In this document: positions 10,101 to 21,590 of the stretch, piece by piece | Layout of the letters: every line of letters starts with the position of its first letter | How positions within the stretch are numbered: position 1 is the first letter of the stretch | Origin: Epithemia pelagica | Lineage: Eukaryota; Protista; Bacillariophyta | DNA: 64,000 nucleotides | Assembly (NCBI GenBank): GCA_946965045.2 | Contig: OX337237.1 | Coordinates: 1,178,001 to 1,242,000, forward strand | Direction: 5' to 3' | Translations under genes and position numbers: made by a program | Notes under the pieces: model-generated | Database searches by the model: none | Seen by the model: only the letters and a program-made list of their open reading frames with translations | What the model was told of the DNA's origin: nothing

Positions 10101-13100
10101 ATTGATTGCGCGCGCTTGAGAATATTGGGCGCGCACGTGTTGGGTCATAATTAATATCCGATCGGTCGCTCATAACACGTGCATTGCGAGCATGCCTTGG
10201 CCGAATTTAAAGGTTTGCGAGCATGCCGTCATTCTTTTCTCACTTTTACGAAAATGTCATCGGATGCCATAAAATACTAGCATCAGTCGATGAGTTGTAG
10301 ATTCCACCACCACCTAGTTGTTGGTGAGAATTCTGCCAGGACGATCAAAGCATCACAACCAATTACGGCCAAGCACCACAAAGACCAACAAACCAGCCCA
10401 CCCCTTAGAGACGCAACCCCGTTCTGGAAGCTTTTGTTAGTCCTGGAACCGCTGCTTTTAGCACCCTTTAACAACGAAGACTTTGATTCCCCACACAAAG
10501 CCTTACGGGCACGCATTGGCCAGTTCAAACAAGGCAGAATCCAGGAACTCCAACTCCAGACACAACCAACACCACGATCGACCCAGCAAAAACCATCCAA
10601 CGTGCGTCAAAAGCCGCAGAGTTAGATAACTTTTCGACGGCTTTCAAACGGTTAACCGAATCATTGCCACAAGCAAAACTTACGAAACCCACCATCAAAG
10701 CAATTAAAGCCAAATTGTTTTCACCACCGGTGCCATCGCCAACAATCAGTTTACGACGGTCCGCCCGAAACCAGGACACCCAAACAGACCCCCAACAAGT
10801 TCCCGTCCAAATCGGACCGAGCGACCTTGTCCAGACTCTTCACCGTCTCAAACGCGGTACGGCCGCCGGACCCTTTGCATCGTGCATTGATGCAATAGCA
10901 TCTTTTGGCCTCCACCATCGGACCAGCAACAACAAGTCAACAAGACCCCAAATCAAGAAATTATGCACCCTCATCAACCTCATACTGGCCGGGAAGATCC
11001 CTCCTGCAATCCAACCCCATATCTCTGCATGCTATTTCCTTGCTCTCCACAAGGATCCCCAGGACTCCTCCAATTTCTGCCCCATAGGCATTGGCACTGC
11101 CTTACGACGAGTGGCAGCATCGGCAGCTCTACATGCCACAGCACCCCAACTAACCTCTTACCTCCCAGTTCTCGGACAATTCGGCATTCAAACGCCTGGC
11201 GGCATAGACTTCGCTATACAAACGACAGTCTGCCAACTCCACAAATACGTGGAAACCAACGTCACTCCAACCCGGGCCTTGCTCCTGTTGGATATCACCA
11301 ACATCCAACAACATGTTCAATGCAACATCAAGAGCACACTGCCGAACCCTCCTCCAAGCCAACCCAGCCACCAACGCCTTGATCCCTCTCTTCGACATGT
11401 TGCACGGCCAGCCCGTGTCCCAATGGTACTATGACAAAACTCGTCATCCACAACACTTTGCCCAGCGGGAAGGCTTCCCACAAGGGTGCCCTTTGAGTCC
11501 ACTTTTTGCATGCATGGTTCTAGGGGACCTGGTTACCAAACTAAAGAACGAGCTGTTAGAACGGGCAAAAACAAGAATGGCAACAGGTATCACCGGCGAC
11601 GACAACAGAGGCCTCGAAGCCCACACCACGTCCATCATGGACTTTACCATGGTTCATCCGCCGGTTTCAAGAACTCGGCGGTCCCATGGGCATTCATCTC
11701 AGTTGCACCAAGACCAAGATACTGACATCCACCACCGGAGAATCACCCATAACGACCCTTGCACCACAAGCAGCGGCAGCACTCACAGAGGCTCTTGGTC
11801 TCTTGGCTCCCTCCAACCCCACTTCGGCCGAACTCACCGTGGGAACCAGATTTCTCGGATACCCGCTCGGACAGCCACAATTTGCCCAACAATTCATCAA
11901 GGACACGATTGCCGAGCTCAAAGCGAATACGGACGCAATATTGCAACTCCCCAACGTCCAAACGCAAGCCATCATGTACCGCCTCTCCATAGCGAATTCC
12001 ATCAACCACTTGTTGTGTTCGGACATCCTCACCTCTCCGTCGCCCGACTCTGACGACTCCTATTGGATCAGTGATACCACCAAGCAACTCGACAAACTCC
12101 ACAAATATTTCATCAAAAACCTTTTGCAGTCCACCAACGACATTCCCGACTATGCCCTCCACATAGCCACCATCCCAGACAGATTTGGGGGTCTTGGTAT
12201 TTCCAGTCCTCATACAACAGCCAAGGCAGCATTTGTTGGATCTACGGTTCGATCAATCCAACTCTGCAACGAACAACACGGCGTCATCCTCAACGACTAC
12301 CACAAACGAATCTTTCAAGACTGGGAAACCAGCCCCCTCCCATCGCTTCCAGCTTGCACCAATGCGATATAAATCTTGACAGCCCGCTCCGAGAAACCCC
12401 CCAATTGCAACGAACACTCACCGACCAAACATTACAGCGTCACGGCTTTGACCGGTTGATTGTTGCAACTCCAGACCACCTCAAGCCGAGTCTCCCCGCG
12501 GCATTAACGCCGTACATCAGCAAGGCCCTTCATCAACCCAGACGCTCTGCGCCCTTCCATGTCCCCGATGCCATTTACCGTACCACGGTTATGCGAAAAT
12601 TACGACTCCCCTTACTGGCCACAGCGGCACACCAAGTCTGCCTTTGCCAAAAAGACCACCCCCTAGACCCATACGGCGATCACTTTTTCTGTTGCTCCAA
12701 AAGTCCAAAGACGCATGCATCCAACACCGTAGGATGCGCTGTTTACTGTCCTGCAAGAAATGGCCCCCCATTGCAAACACGTGAGATCTCAGGATGATAT
12801 CCACATCGAGCCGCTCAATCTCTTACCGGCACACCCTTCCAACATACGGCCGGCCAATGTCGGCATCCAACTCAACCCGGCAGCCAACAAACACGGACTG
12901 AAATACATTGCAATCGATGTAACCATCCCTCCTCCACCTGTCCCACATCCAGCTTCCTCCACTGACCTGTCCGATCTTCAAAACTTGGCTGACTACGCCA
13001 GTAGGACACATCAGCTGGCTGCCCGTGGAAAGCTCATCAAGGACCCCATCGCAGCATCCCTCATGAACCAAGACAAGATGATCCTTGTACCCTCCACCGT

Positions 13101-13505
13101 CGATCACCTCGGTGGACTCGGATCCTTTGCCACCCAGTTGCTTTTTGGGAAACCCGCCTACCCCGGTCCCCATACACCGCCTCAATGGGACGACCACTTT
13201 TTCGGCATGTGTTCATCTCGCGCGTCACCCAAGCCAGAGGCATTTGAACTTTTCCAAGCCTTTCAACACTGTCCGACGAACTTGACGGCTGTCCCTTCTG
13301 ATTTCGAACCCTTGTCCTCCAAAACCTTAGACCCCCATTCCCAGCCCACGGCCTTTCTCCCCATTTCTACGTTCTCCAAAATTGCTCTCGGCCACGCCAT
13401 TCTCACTGCCCTGGCCACCCACATCCACCAACAACAGGCCCTCCATGATGCCCACTCGATGCAAAAACGACAACACCGATATCGATCTTCTTTATATGCA
13501 TCTTT
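7151..13505 (+). mobile_element. CRE-clade non-LTR retrotransposon, copy 1 (truncated at both ends, decayed, interrupted by solo LTR)
   Basis: Near-identical to 26274-31905. C2H2 fingers, RT motifs (GQFG..PGG, QGCPLSP, FLG, GGLG) and RLE zinc knuckle. Private ~29-nt net deletion at ~11640 removes part of the IMDD catalytic motif. Confidence 0.9.
9615..10338. mobile_element. Solo LTR (724 bp)
   Basis: Absent from copy 2. Begins TG(TTAC), ends (TGC)CA, flanked by a perfect 5-bp duplication GGACG (9610-9614 and 10339-10343). No coding capacity. Confidence 0.85.
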
Positions 13506-13998
13506 ATTTCGTGCCAGGCCAAAGTCGAGGCCAAGCCAACCACGATATTCGTCTGTCTGCCACACCAAACTTTGGCCCAGGCCACTGGCCTGGCAATAGT
13601 ATCACGTCATTATTTTCAGAATAATTACTTATTATTTCTCCCAGGCCAACGGTCTGACCCTCTTCCAATGCAGTCTGTCCTTACCACCAAAGACATAAGA
13701 TACATACGGCGATAGGTGCATGCATACTCTCAGTCGCCAAAGCATACCGTCCTCAATGGACGGCATTCCAGGCGTTCATCGCCCTGATACTACTGTACAA
13801 ATCCATTCGTAGATGCCTCGGGATGCAGCGTTTACCCATCTTCCACTCTTTTTTGTTGCATGGCATTGGCCATCATTGGCCATCCTATTTTATGTCCAAA
13901 TCATTAGGAACGATCATCATAGGCATCCACATCTTCTTTTACGCATAGGCTAAGATAGAAACAGTCTCAGAATTTCGTTAAAGAGGCAACTACAAAAC

Positions 13999-16900
13999 AT
14001 GTCCACCCCTCCTTCTCGTGCCCGTTCTTCTCGTCGTCGTCGTCCTCATCGTGAGGAGGAAGATGACTCCCTTGTCAGCAGTCCTGAGCGATCTCCCCAG
14101 CGTACTCCACGCAATGGATCTACAACAACGCCTACTCCTACATCGCCTGCTCCTACAACCCCTACGGCTAACGCTACAGCAACAGAGATGGAGGAGGAAT
14201 CTCCCATCGGTATGGACGACGAAGAGATGGAAACGATGATGGAATCATTGACAAAAACCGTAAGCGATTCTCTCAAAAACGAAAATACGAGAAAAGTGTA
14301 CGAATACAAAATCAAGGAGTATTTGAGTTTTTGCCGAATTCACCGTGCCTACCTGCCTGCTGGATCGCAGTTTCTCGTTGATGAACCCGGTACTTTCTAT
14401 TTTATTTTTTACAACGTGTTTCGCGAAAAAACAAAAGGAAAACGAAAAAAACCTGGAGATTTCGATTACGCAGACTTCAAGCATGTTATCAGAACATACA
14501 AGCCTATCATCAATCTTCTGAAACACTCTCCCGGTGCCAAAATCCCTCCAGGCAATCTTGATCCCACTAACCCCCTCTCCGAATCTACAATCAATACGTA
14601 CAGGAGTGCTCTCAAACACCAATTGGACACTCAGGGGTCGAAGAAAGACGGAGAACGAGTATGGAGCGATGTGGACTCTCCACGTGTCCGATCTCTGATA
14701 TATATAGCGAAGGTACGTTTAACCAGTGAATTGGTGACTGTCTGTTGACTGTTGACCCTGTCTGTGCATATCATCTCTCATAACTATTATTTCTACAGTC
14801 ACGGACTACCCGTGTTAAGAAACGTAACTACAAGGAGAAAGTGAATGAGACATCTCCCTTCGAGCATTTTGAAACGAGCATTTTGAAATGATTAACAAGA
14901 TCGAGTATATGTTTTGGTCTCGCGGCTGCAGGTATGACGGAAAGTCGAATACCAACAAGACTGTCTTTGCTTCTTTACGACACCGCTTTTCATTCTTGAT
15001 GAACTACGCCTCTATACTACGGAGCGAGAGTCTGCATCTAGCGGAATTGTCCGACCTAAGAGTTTTTGCGATTAACCGTCCTGGCGATATCGACAAGATG
15101 CCGATTGTACTCATGGAGTGCCAAACGGGAAAGACCATAAAAGCCGGTGCACCATCACAGTTTGCTCGTGCAACACGTCATCGAAACGTAATGGCCTGTC
15201 CCATTGGAGCAATGGCTATGTATTTGTTTTTTCGGTTCCATATGACCGAGGAATTCTCTGGAACATTCAACCAACCTGATTTACGGAACAACTCTTCTTG
15301 GTTTGACTTCAAGATTCTCACAAGTGCAGATGGTTCACCTACAGAATCAGTGAAGGTTTCGAATTTTCGTACAGAAATCGAGAATATCTTCAATCAACTC
15401 GGTATTGTGTCGGACTACACTACCCACTGGTGCAGGCACATTGCACCGACTCATTGCAAATTCAAAGAGATAAGCCCTGAGCTTATCAAACAGTTAGGTA
15501 AGTGTTCGCTGGTACTACTCTGCTCATATGACAGCCAAATGTATCTCACTGGTTTATATTTTTGTACACAGGTAACTGGGATAGAGATACCCAAGAGACA
15601 CGTTATTCATCTAAAATACCTATTGCTGCGATCCGTTGTATGGCTGGCTTCGAACAGTCTGATGGATACTGGCTACCCAGAGACAGACTGACCGTACCAC
15701 CTTCACTGTTACAAAAAATATGGCCCTGGCTGGAACAGAAGGAGGAATGGGTTTCATCAGACTTAACAGATGCCGAAATAGAGCAGAACACGAGTGCCAG
15801 GAAGAAACACCCTACCGCATATTGTTTCCTACATTTCCTCCGTTTTCTCCGTGATGTCCTTATACAAGATGTGGCTGCCATTATGTCGATTCTCGAACAC
15901 CCTGACCCTACCGACTCGCAAGAGTCAGAAATCCGTTTGACACACATTCTTTTTACTGATTTTCCCATATTCCAAGATCCTGAGTTTCTGGCCTATAAAG
16001 ACAAAATGCACAAGTTACTTTCAAAACATAACGAAACTTCCCAAGATCCCAAGATACGTGCTATTGACCAGTGTCTTCCCGGTGTGAATCAACGATTTGA
16101 ACATCTCAATGTGGAAACTGAAATTTTGAAGGAACACATGTACCAGATTTTCTTTGAAATCGACAATGTTAAGGAAAGTATGACGAAGAGTACAGAAGCT
16201 ATTATCAACCACTTGAAACAAATGGAAATTCGGATGAACATGGAAACTGATCGGAAAATCATGCGTTTCTCCGAGGCTATATCATCATCTTTCCAATCCC
16301 AGATCGGAACAACTGTCGAAGCCATATCCGAAGCGACACAACATGCAGCTCGAATCACCTTCTCCACGAATGAAAACGAAGGCAACGATGTCACAGATAC
16401 TGACCCCACCAATGAAATCTCTTCACCAGCCCGACAACCAGTGCCCCCTCCACCACCTTCACCACAAGATGCATTTGCAGCCGCCTTCCCACCACCTTCA
16501 CCACAAGATGCATTTGCAGCCGCCTTCCCATGTACTCTTCCGTCACCCAATACCGTACACCCTTCCCCCGAGTCGGACACTCCAACTAATGACCCCCCGA
16601 ATGTTTCTTCGAACAATCCCTCTCCGTCGGAAGACAATATCGAAAATTTCCTCGGTATGAAACTCCCGTGCACCCATGTTGCAAGACACCGACTAACGAT
16701 GAAGCGTTTGTACTTTGAGTTTTTTGGTCTTGGCGAACGACAGGATCAACCAGTAAAACTTGGATTCCATGGTCTTGACCTGAAATTCCAATTCCATTGG
16801 CGGAAACCATATCAACAAAGCGACAAGACATTGTACTCTCGTGTCCAGACTATCGTACGGGGCATAGCTACTCATCATGGCGTTGAGTTCGGTTCGTGGT

Positions 16901-17094
16901 CGGACGACATCGAGGCATTCTGTCTCAAATGGGATCCCTTTCTTCAACGCAAAGGGATAGCTGGCGTGTTCCGACAATTTCAGAAAGACGGAATCACCAC
17001 TAAACGTGGAAATCGATCGCCAAACACTCCACCACCATCCACACAAAACAACACTCCTACAATTCACCCGCGAGTAACTCCTGCCAGTACATAA
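13999..17094 (+). mobile_element. Crypton/Ndc10-type tyrosine recombinase gene with C-terminal GCR1_C-like domain; exons 13999-14712, 14799-15497, 15572-17094; frameshifted by a 14-bp duplication
   Basis: Catalytic set LRSE (R), GKT, RH..CP.GAMA.YLF.RF, THWCR (HxxR), GNW, RYS. GCR1_C-like MKRLYFEFFG..HWR..DKTLYSRVQTIV. Introns GTACGT..CAG (86 nt) and GTAAGT..CAG (74 nt). CGAGCATTTTGAAA x2 at 14861-14888. Confidence 0.85.
16450..16530 (+). repeat. In-frame 39-bp tandem duplication (PPPSPQDAFAAAF x2)
   Basis: Two exact units, 16450-16488 and 16489-16527. Confidence 0.95.
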
Positions 17095-17305
17095 TCTGAT
17101 ATAGTCTACAATAACATAGATTTCATTACCTCATAACATCAGCATAGAGTGGAGTTTAAGCAAACGTAGCTCCAAGCAGGTGGAGTACATGGTAGTGGGG
17201 TATGCCGTGTTTCCCACACAGCGGAGTAGTGCTCTCTGGCGTTACACGGCACCTTCCTTTCCCCTTAAGATCGTTGTCATAGTTTTTACAAAACTCATTT
17301 TGACA

Positions 17306-18040
17306 ATGAGCACTCACAATAACAATGGTCTTTACGACTCAATTCAAGACAATGAGCCTGTCCAAGGTGACCATGAAGGAACAGATCCTTCACAGGCTCG
17401 TTCCAATCATGGCAACCATCGTGGTAACCATGGTACAGCAATCAATGACCGCTTTGTCGTATCTCCTCCCGTGGACACGGAATCCGCGACCGCTCACTCT
17501 TCTGCACATCCTCTTAACGTGAGAGCTACGTTGTCCGCAACTGGTTGGATCCCCCCCCCCCCCCCCCCTCTCCCACGGCCGTCTGGCATTCAACAGTCGC
17601 TTTCTCGTACCTTTGTGTTTCGGAACTGCAGTCCGCCTGTCCGTGATGCGATGCAGGTCATCACCGCGCTTCTCACAGAAATCGAAGGCTTTGACCCTGC
17701 TGTCGCTGCTTCACTCCGTCACGAGAACGGTACAGAATTCTCTGACCGCACGAGACATGGTGGAACACACGGTATTCCTGATGGAAAGTATCTGATTTGT
17801 CTAGATTTGTACCAAACAGCTGTTCCTGGTTACATCGGACGAGATGATTGGGAGGCAATCCAAGTAGTGAAGACTTCAATTATTTACAAAGACAACCACC
17901 CCATCGCCAAATTAGTGACATCTGCCCCCAAGGTGTACCTGTTCAATAAGAGGGATGAGTCGTGGACACTGGTGCATCATATGCCCATCCACCACTCATC
18001 GGACGAAGAACGATTCTCTGTGGAATCCGGTAGATTGTAG
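17306..18040 (+). CDS. Hypothetical protein downstream of the tyrosine recombinase (possible element accessory ORF)
   Basis: Open frame 17180-18040, ATG at 17306 (also 17189). C18 tract at 17551-17568 encodes poly-Pro. No family recognised. Confidence 0.5.
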   Translation: MSTHNNNGLYDSIQDNEPVQGDHEGTDPSQARSNHGNHRGNHGTAINDRFVVSPPVDTESATAHSSAHPLNVRATLSATGWIPPPPPPLPRPSGIQQSLSRTFVFRNCSPPVRDAMQVITALLTEIEGFDPAVAASLRHENGTEFSDRTRHGGTHGIPDGKYLICLDLYQTAVPGYIGRDDWEAIQVVKTSIIYKDNHPIAKLVTSAPKVYLFNKRDESWTLVHHMPIHHSSDEERFSVESGRL

Positions 18041-18317
18041 TGTCGTGAACTATTTCAACAAAACTCGATTCACCACAACAATCTACTGACGCAGAACCCA
18101 ACTCCAAGTCCTTGGAAATCATTGAAACCAAGATAACAGCATTGGGAGTGTCATGTTGTCCGCACAACCTTTTTTCGAAACAAACCAAAGCCGTGGCACA
18201 TCAATTCAAATGACTGATTGGTTTGGCAAGGTGTGGTTTGTCTGGCTACAATTGTTTTCGGGGGTCCAGAACAAACAGCACTACCGAACGTCAACCATTT
18301 CGCAACGTTTGGAGTGT

Positions 18318-19950
18318 TCAAAACGCATCCATTCCATGCAACTTGTTGGCATTTTCCATCATGATGGAACGAGCATTCTTTTTCAGTGATTCACCCATAA
18401 GTGTGTCGGCCTGTGACCTTTTGTTGTTGTTGTTGCGCTTGTGCTTCTTCGTTTTTGCCATTGTGGACGGTTCGTCACCACCAACCTCTGAGTTGGTCCA
18501 TTCAAATGCCAAGGCCGCATTGCGCTTTGTCGTCTCGACGGTGGGAGTAGTGTTGGGTGTGCTCTTGTTGCTGTTGTTGTTGTTTTTCTTGTTGGTTCGG
18601 TTCGCTGTCGACGAAAACGATGCTCCCATATGCTTGGGTGTTTCTCGAAGCGCAAAGGATCGTGCCACATGTCCCAAATGCAAGGCTTTGGCCGCAAACA
18701 CATGTTTGACACATTTTTCGCGTGTCGGGTAGGCTCGAATATGGGACAAAAAGGCAGTTCGGGCCAGTTCCAACAAGTACAAATCCGATCCTTGTTGTTG
18801 TTGTTGTTGTTGTTGTTGTTTTCCCTGTTGCTGTTTCTTGGAAGATTGTTTCTTCTTGAATGTCGTGTCGGTGGATGTGGGATTGCGACTACTGGTCGAT
18901 TCCACCACCTCGTTGGTACTTCTCGCAGGGTCGATCAATGTCAGGACACATTCTTCCAGACGATGTTGAAGTTCAATGGAAAAGGCTTCGCCCAAACGCC
19001 GTTGGCTTGTGTTGTTGTTGTTGTGGTTGTTCGTTTTGGAGTGGTCGGGGAGACTGGTAGTACCCCCACCCGTTCGTTGTACCCCCGCTTGTGTCAGGGT
19101 AGGACAACTTTTGGTGGCCGCCGCCATCAAGGTGGCCGAGAGAGACAGAGCCGGGAGAGGAGCAATACCGCGTTGCTTCAACAAGAGCAAGTACTCTCGT
19201 TCCGATGGCAACAAAAACAAGAGGGAATGTCCGGCTTTGCCGGCCCGTGCCACACGACCAGCTCGATGGACGTAGTCCGATAGTTCGGCCGGTGGGTCGT
19301 ATTGCACGGTCCAATCACACTGTTCCAGATTCAATCCCCGAGCTGCTACATCGGTTGCCAACAAAATAGCAGCCTTATTATTGTTGGTGGTGGTGTTCTT
19401 GGATGCGGGTTCCGACACGTCTGGGGAATGGTGTTTTGAGCGTGGAGTGTCGGACGATTGAAGAAATTCGTGCAAGACTTGCTGCCGTTGTGCATGCGGT
19501 ACACGACCATGCAGTTTGTAAATGGAACAGGCGGATCCAAAAATCCCCCGTTGCGAGTTGGTTTGGTTAGTTGTATTGGGCTTGTTCTTGTTTGTAGTTT
19601 TGTTGTTATTATTAATCTTGTTCTCGTTGTCGTCGTCATTCAGATTGTCGACAATACAGTCCATGTGTTGAAAGAGAGCATAATAAAAGTCGACACTGGC
19701 ACACGTGTCCAAAAAGACCACGACACGATTTTGTTGTTGGACGACACGTTGGACCAACACGGCAATGAGTGCCGACAAGCGCCATTTGGCACTCACCGTC
19801 ATGTGCCATTGGGCCAATTGTCGCGGCGTGGAATCCGCCAATTCGCCGGCTGGCAGGTCATCGTCGTCGTCCTGGTCCTTTTTGTCGGGAGCAGCACCAT
19901 TGTGTGCCGTATCCTCCAGTGCTTGTTTGGAGAGGTTCGAGGAGGCCTCA

Positions 19951-20004
<54 letters not shown>

Positions 20005-21590
20005 GGAATGTCTGCAGCGGCAGTGGATTGTGAACAAGACAGTGTCGACAGGGCATCCTTAGTGTCGTCCTGTTTGGATCGGATCCAGATCCAGGAATCG
20101 GACGAGCTGTTTCCGAGCGCCAAGGTTTCGGTGGCCAATTGTTGCACCGACGGAGTCACTGTGGCCGATACCAAGACCGATCTCCAGGGAATGCTTGTGG
20201 TGCGGGTGGATCCTCCTTGATTGGCGAGAATGCGTTGGACAATGTGTTGGACTTGTTCCCCCAATCCCATATCCAACAATCGATCCGCTTCGTCCAAGAC
20301 GAGCCATTCCAAATTGCTCTTTTTCATGTTCTTGTTGTTGGTGTGGTTGGTTTTGAGAGCCAGGAGCAAGGATTCGGTTTTGCACAAGTGATCCAACAAT
20401 CGTCCCGGTGTCGCCACGACAATGCCCAATCCCTTGCGCAATCGCATCTTTTCCGATTTGCGGCTATTCATGTTGTTCTTCTTATTGTTGTTGTGGTTGT
20501 GGTTGCCAGCACCACTGCCCAACAAACTTCCGGGAACAATCCAATGAAAGGTTTGCGCGCAGACACGTTCGGCCAAGGCTACGGTTTGGGCGGCCAATTC
20601 TCGCGTGGGACACAAAATGAGACATTTGGTACCCACTGCAGCTCGTGTGGGTGGTGGTGACCCGTCGTCCTTCGTGGTGGTGGTGGAAGTGACCATGGCA
20701 TGAAGAATGGGCAAGAGATAGGCCAAGGTTTTGCCCGATCCCGTTTCGGAATGAATCAAGAGATTTTTGGGGGGGCGTGTCGTCTGGTCGTTGGCCAAAA
20801 AGGCGGGAATGGCCCGTGCTTGAATGGAGGTGGGTTGGTTCAAGTGCAACGTGGTTTGAACCGCCTGGACAATCCGGGGATGCAATGGCAAATCGGACCA
20901 GGAATGGGCCTGGGAAAACAAGTGGTGGGAATCCTTGGTACGACGAAACGAGGAGGACAATGATGATGATGATCCATAGTGTCGATCCAACTCCAAGGGA
21001 CGAGCATGAAATGCCATTTCCGCTTGGGTCCAGGATGGTTGCTTTGGTGGTGGTTGTTGGGAGGCCGTTGATGTTGTTGTTGTTGTTGTTGTTGGTTTGG
21101 TGTTGGAATTCACAGGGTGGTTGTTATTATTTCGTGTGGGTCGATAGTCGTCGTCGTGGTTGGGAAAGGCTTCCTCCAAGGTTTCGGGGTGTGATCGAAT
21201 CGGTCGTTGGTGGATTTCGTGTCGTGTGCTGTTGTGGTTGTGGTTCGCCGTGGCCCTGGGATCGTTCTTGTCATTTTCGTCGTCTTCGTCTTGTTGTTGA
21301 GGAGTGGCCTTGTCGTCGTCGTTGTGGCTCTCATCCGACAGACGCTGTTGTGGTTGTTCTTGCTGTTGCTGTTGCGTTTCTCGTCGTTCCAATTCCAATG
21401 CACGACGACGTCTTCGACGATCATACTTGTTGAATGTCTTTTTCTTTGTCTTCTTGTTGTTGTTCTTTGTCGTCGTCGTTGTCGTCGTCGTCGTGTTGGA
21501 TGGTGAGGAGGAGGAGGAGGGTTGTGCGACAATGTTCAAGACAAACGCATCGTCTTCCGCATCCATGGCGGCCTGTTGTTGTTGTGTCAT
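18318..21590 (-). CDS. DBP7: DBP7/DDX31-like DEAD-box RNA helicase, copy 2 (intact)
   Basis: SETGSGKTLAY, PTRELA, WIVPG..RKSEKMRLRKG..ATPGRLLDHL, DEADRLLDMG, SAT, HRAGRVAR, and C-terminal HLGHVARSFAL. Likely start 21590 or 21566 (MDAEDDAFVLN). Confidence 0.92.

Noticed and set aside
13577-13593. 8-bp hairpin CCAGGCCA-C-TGGCCTGG near the duplication junction
   Set aside because: Could be a recombinase site, but a single short palindrome with no partner visible in the window is insufficient evidence.
13999-17094. Identity with Starship DUF3435 captains
   Set aside because: Motifs and the GCR1_C-like tail fit Ndc10/Crypton. Only a functional analogy is suggested.
13505-18056. TATTTC as terminal direct repeats of the Crypton-like element (13505-13510 and 18051-18056)
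   Set aside because: The hexamer also occurs at 13633, so it is too common to define ends without other copies.
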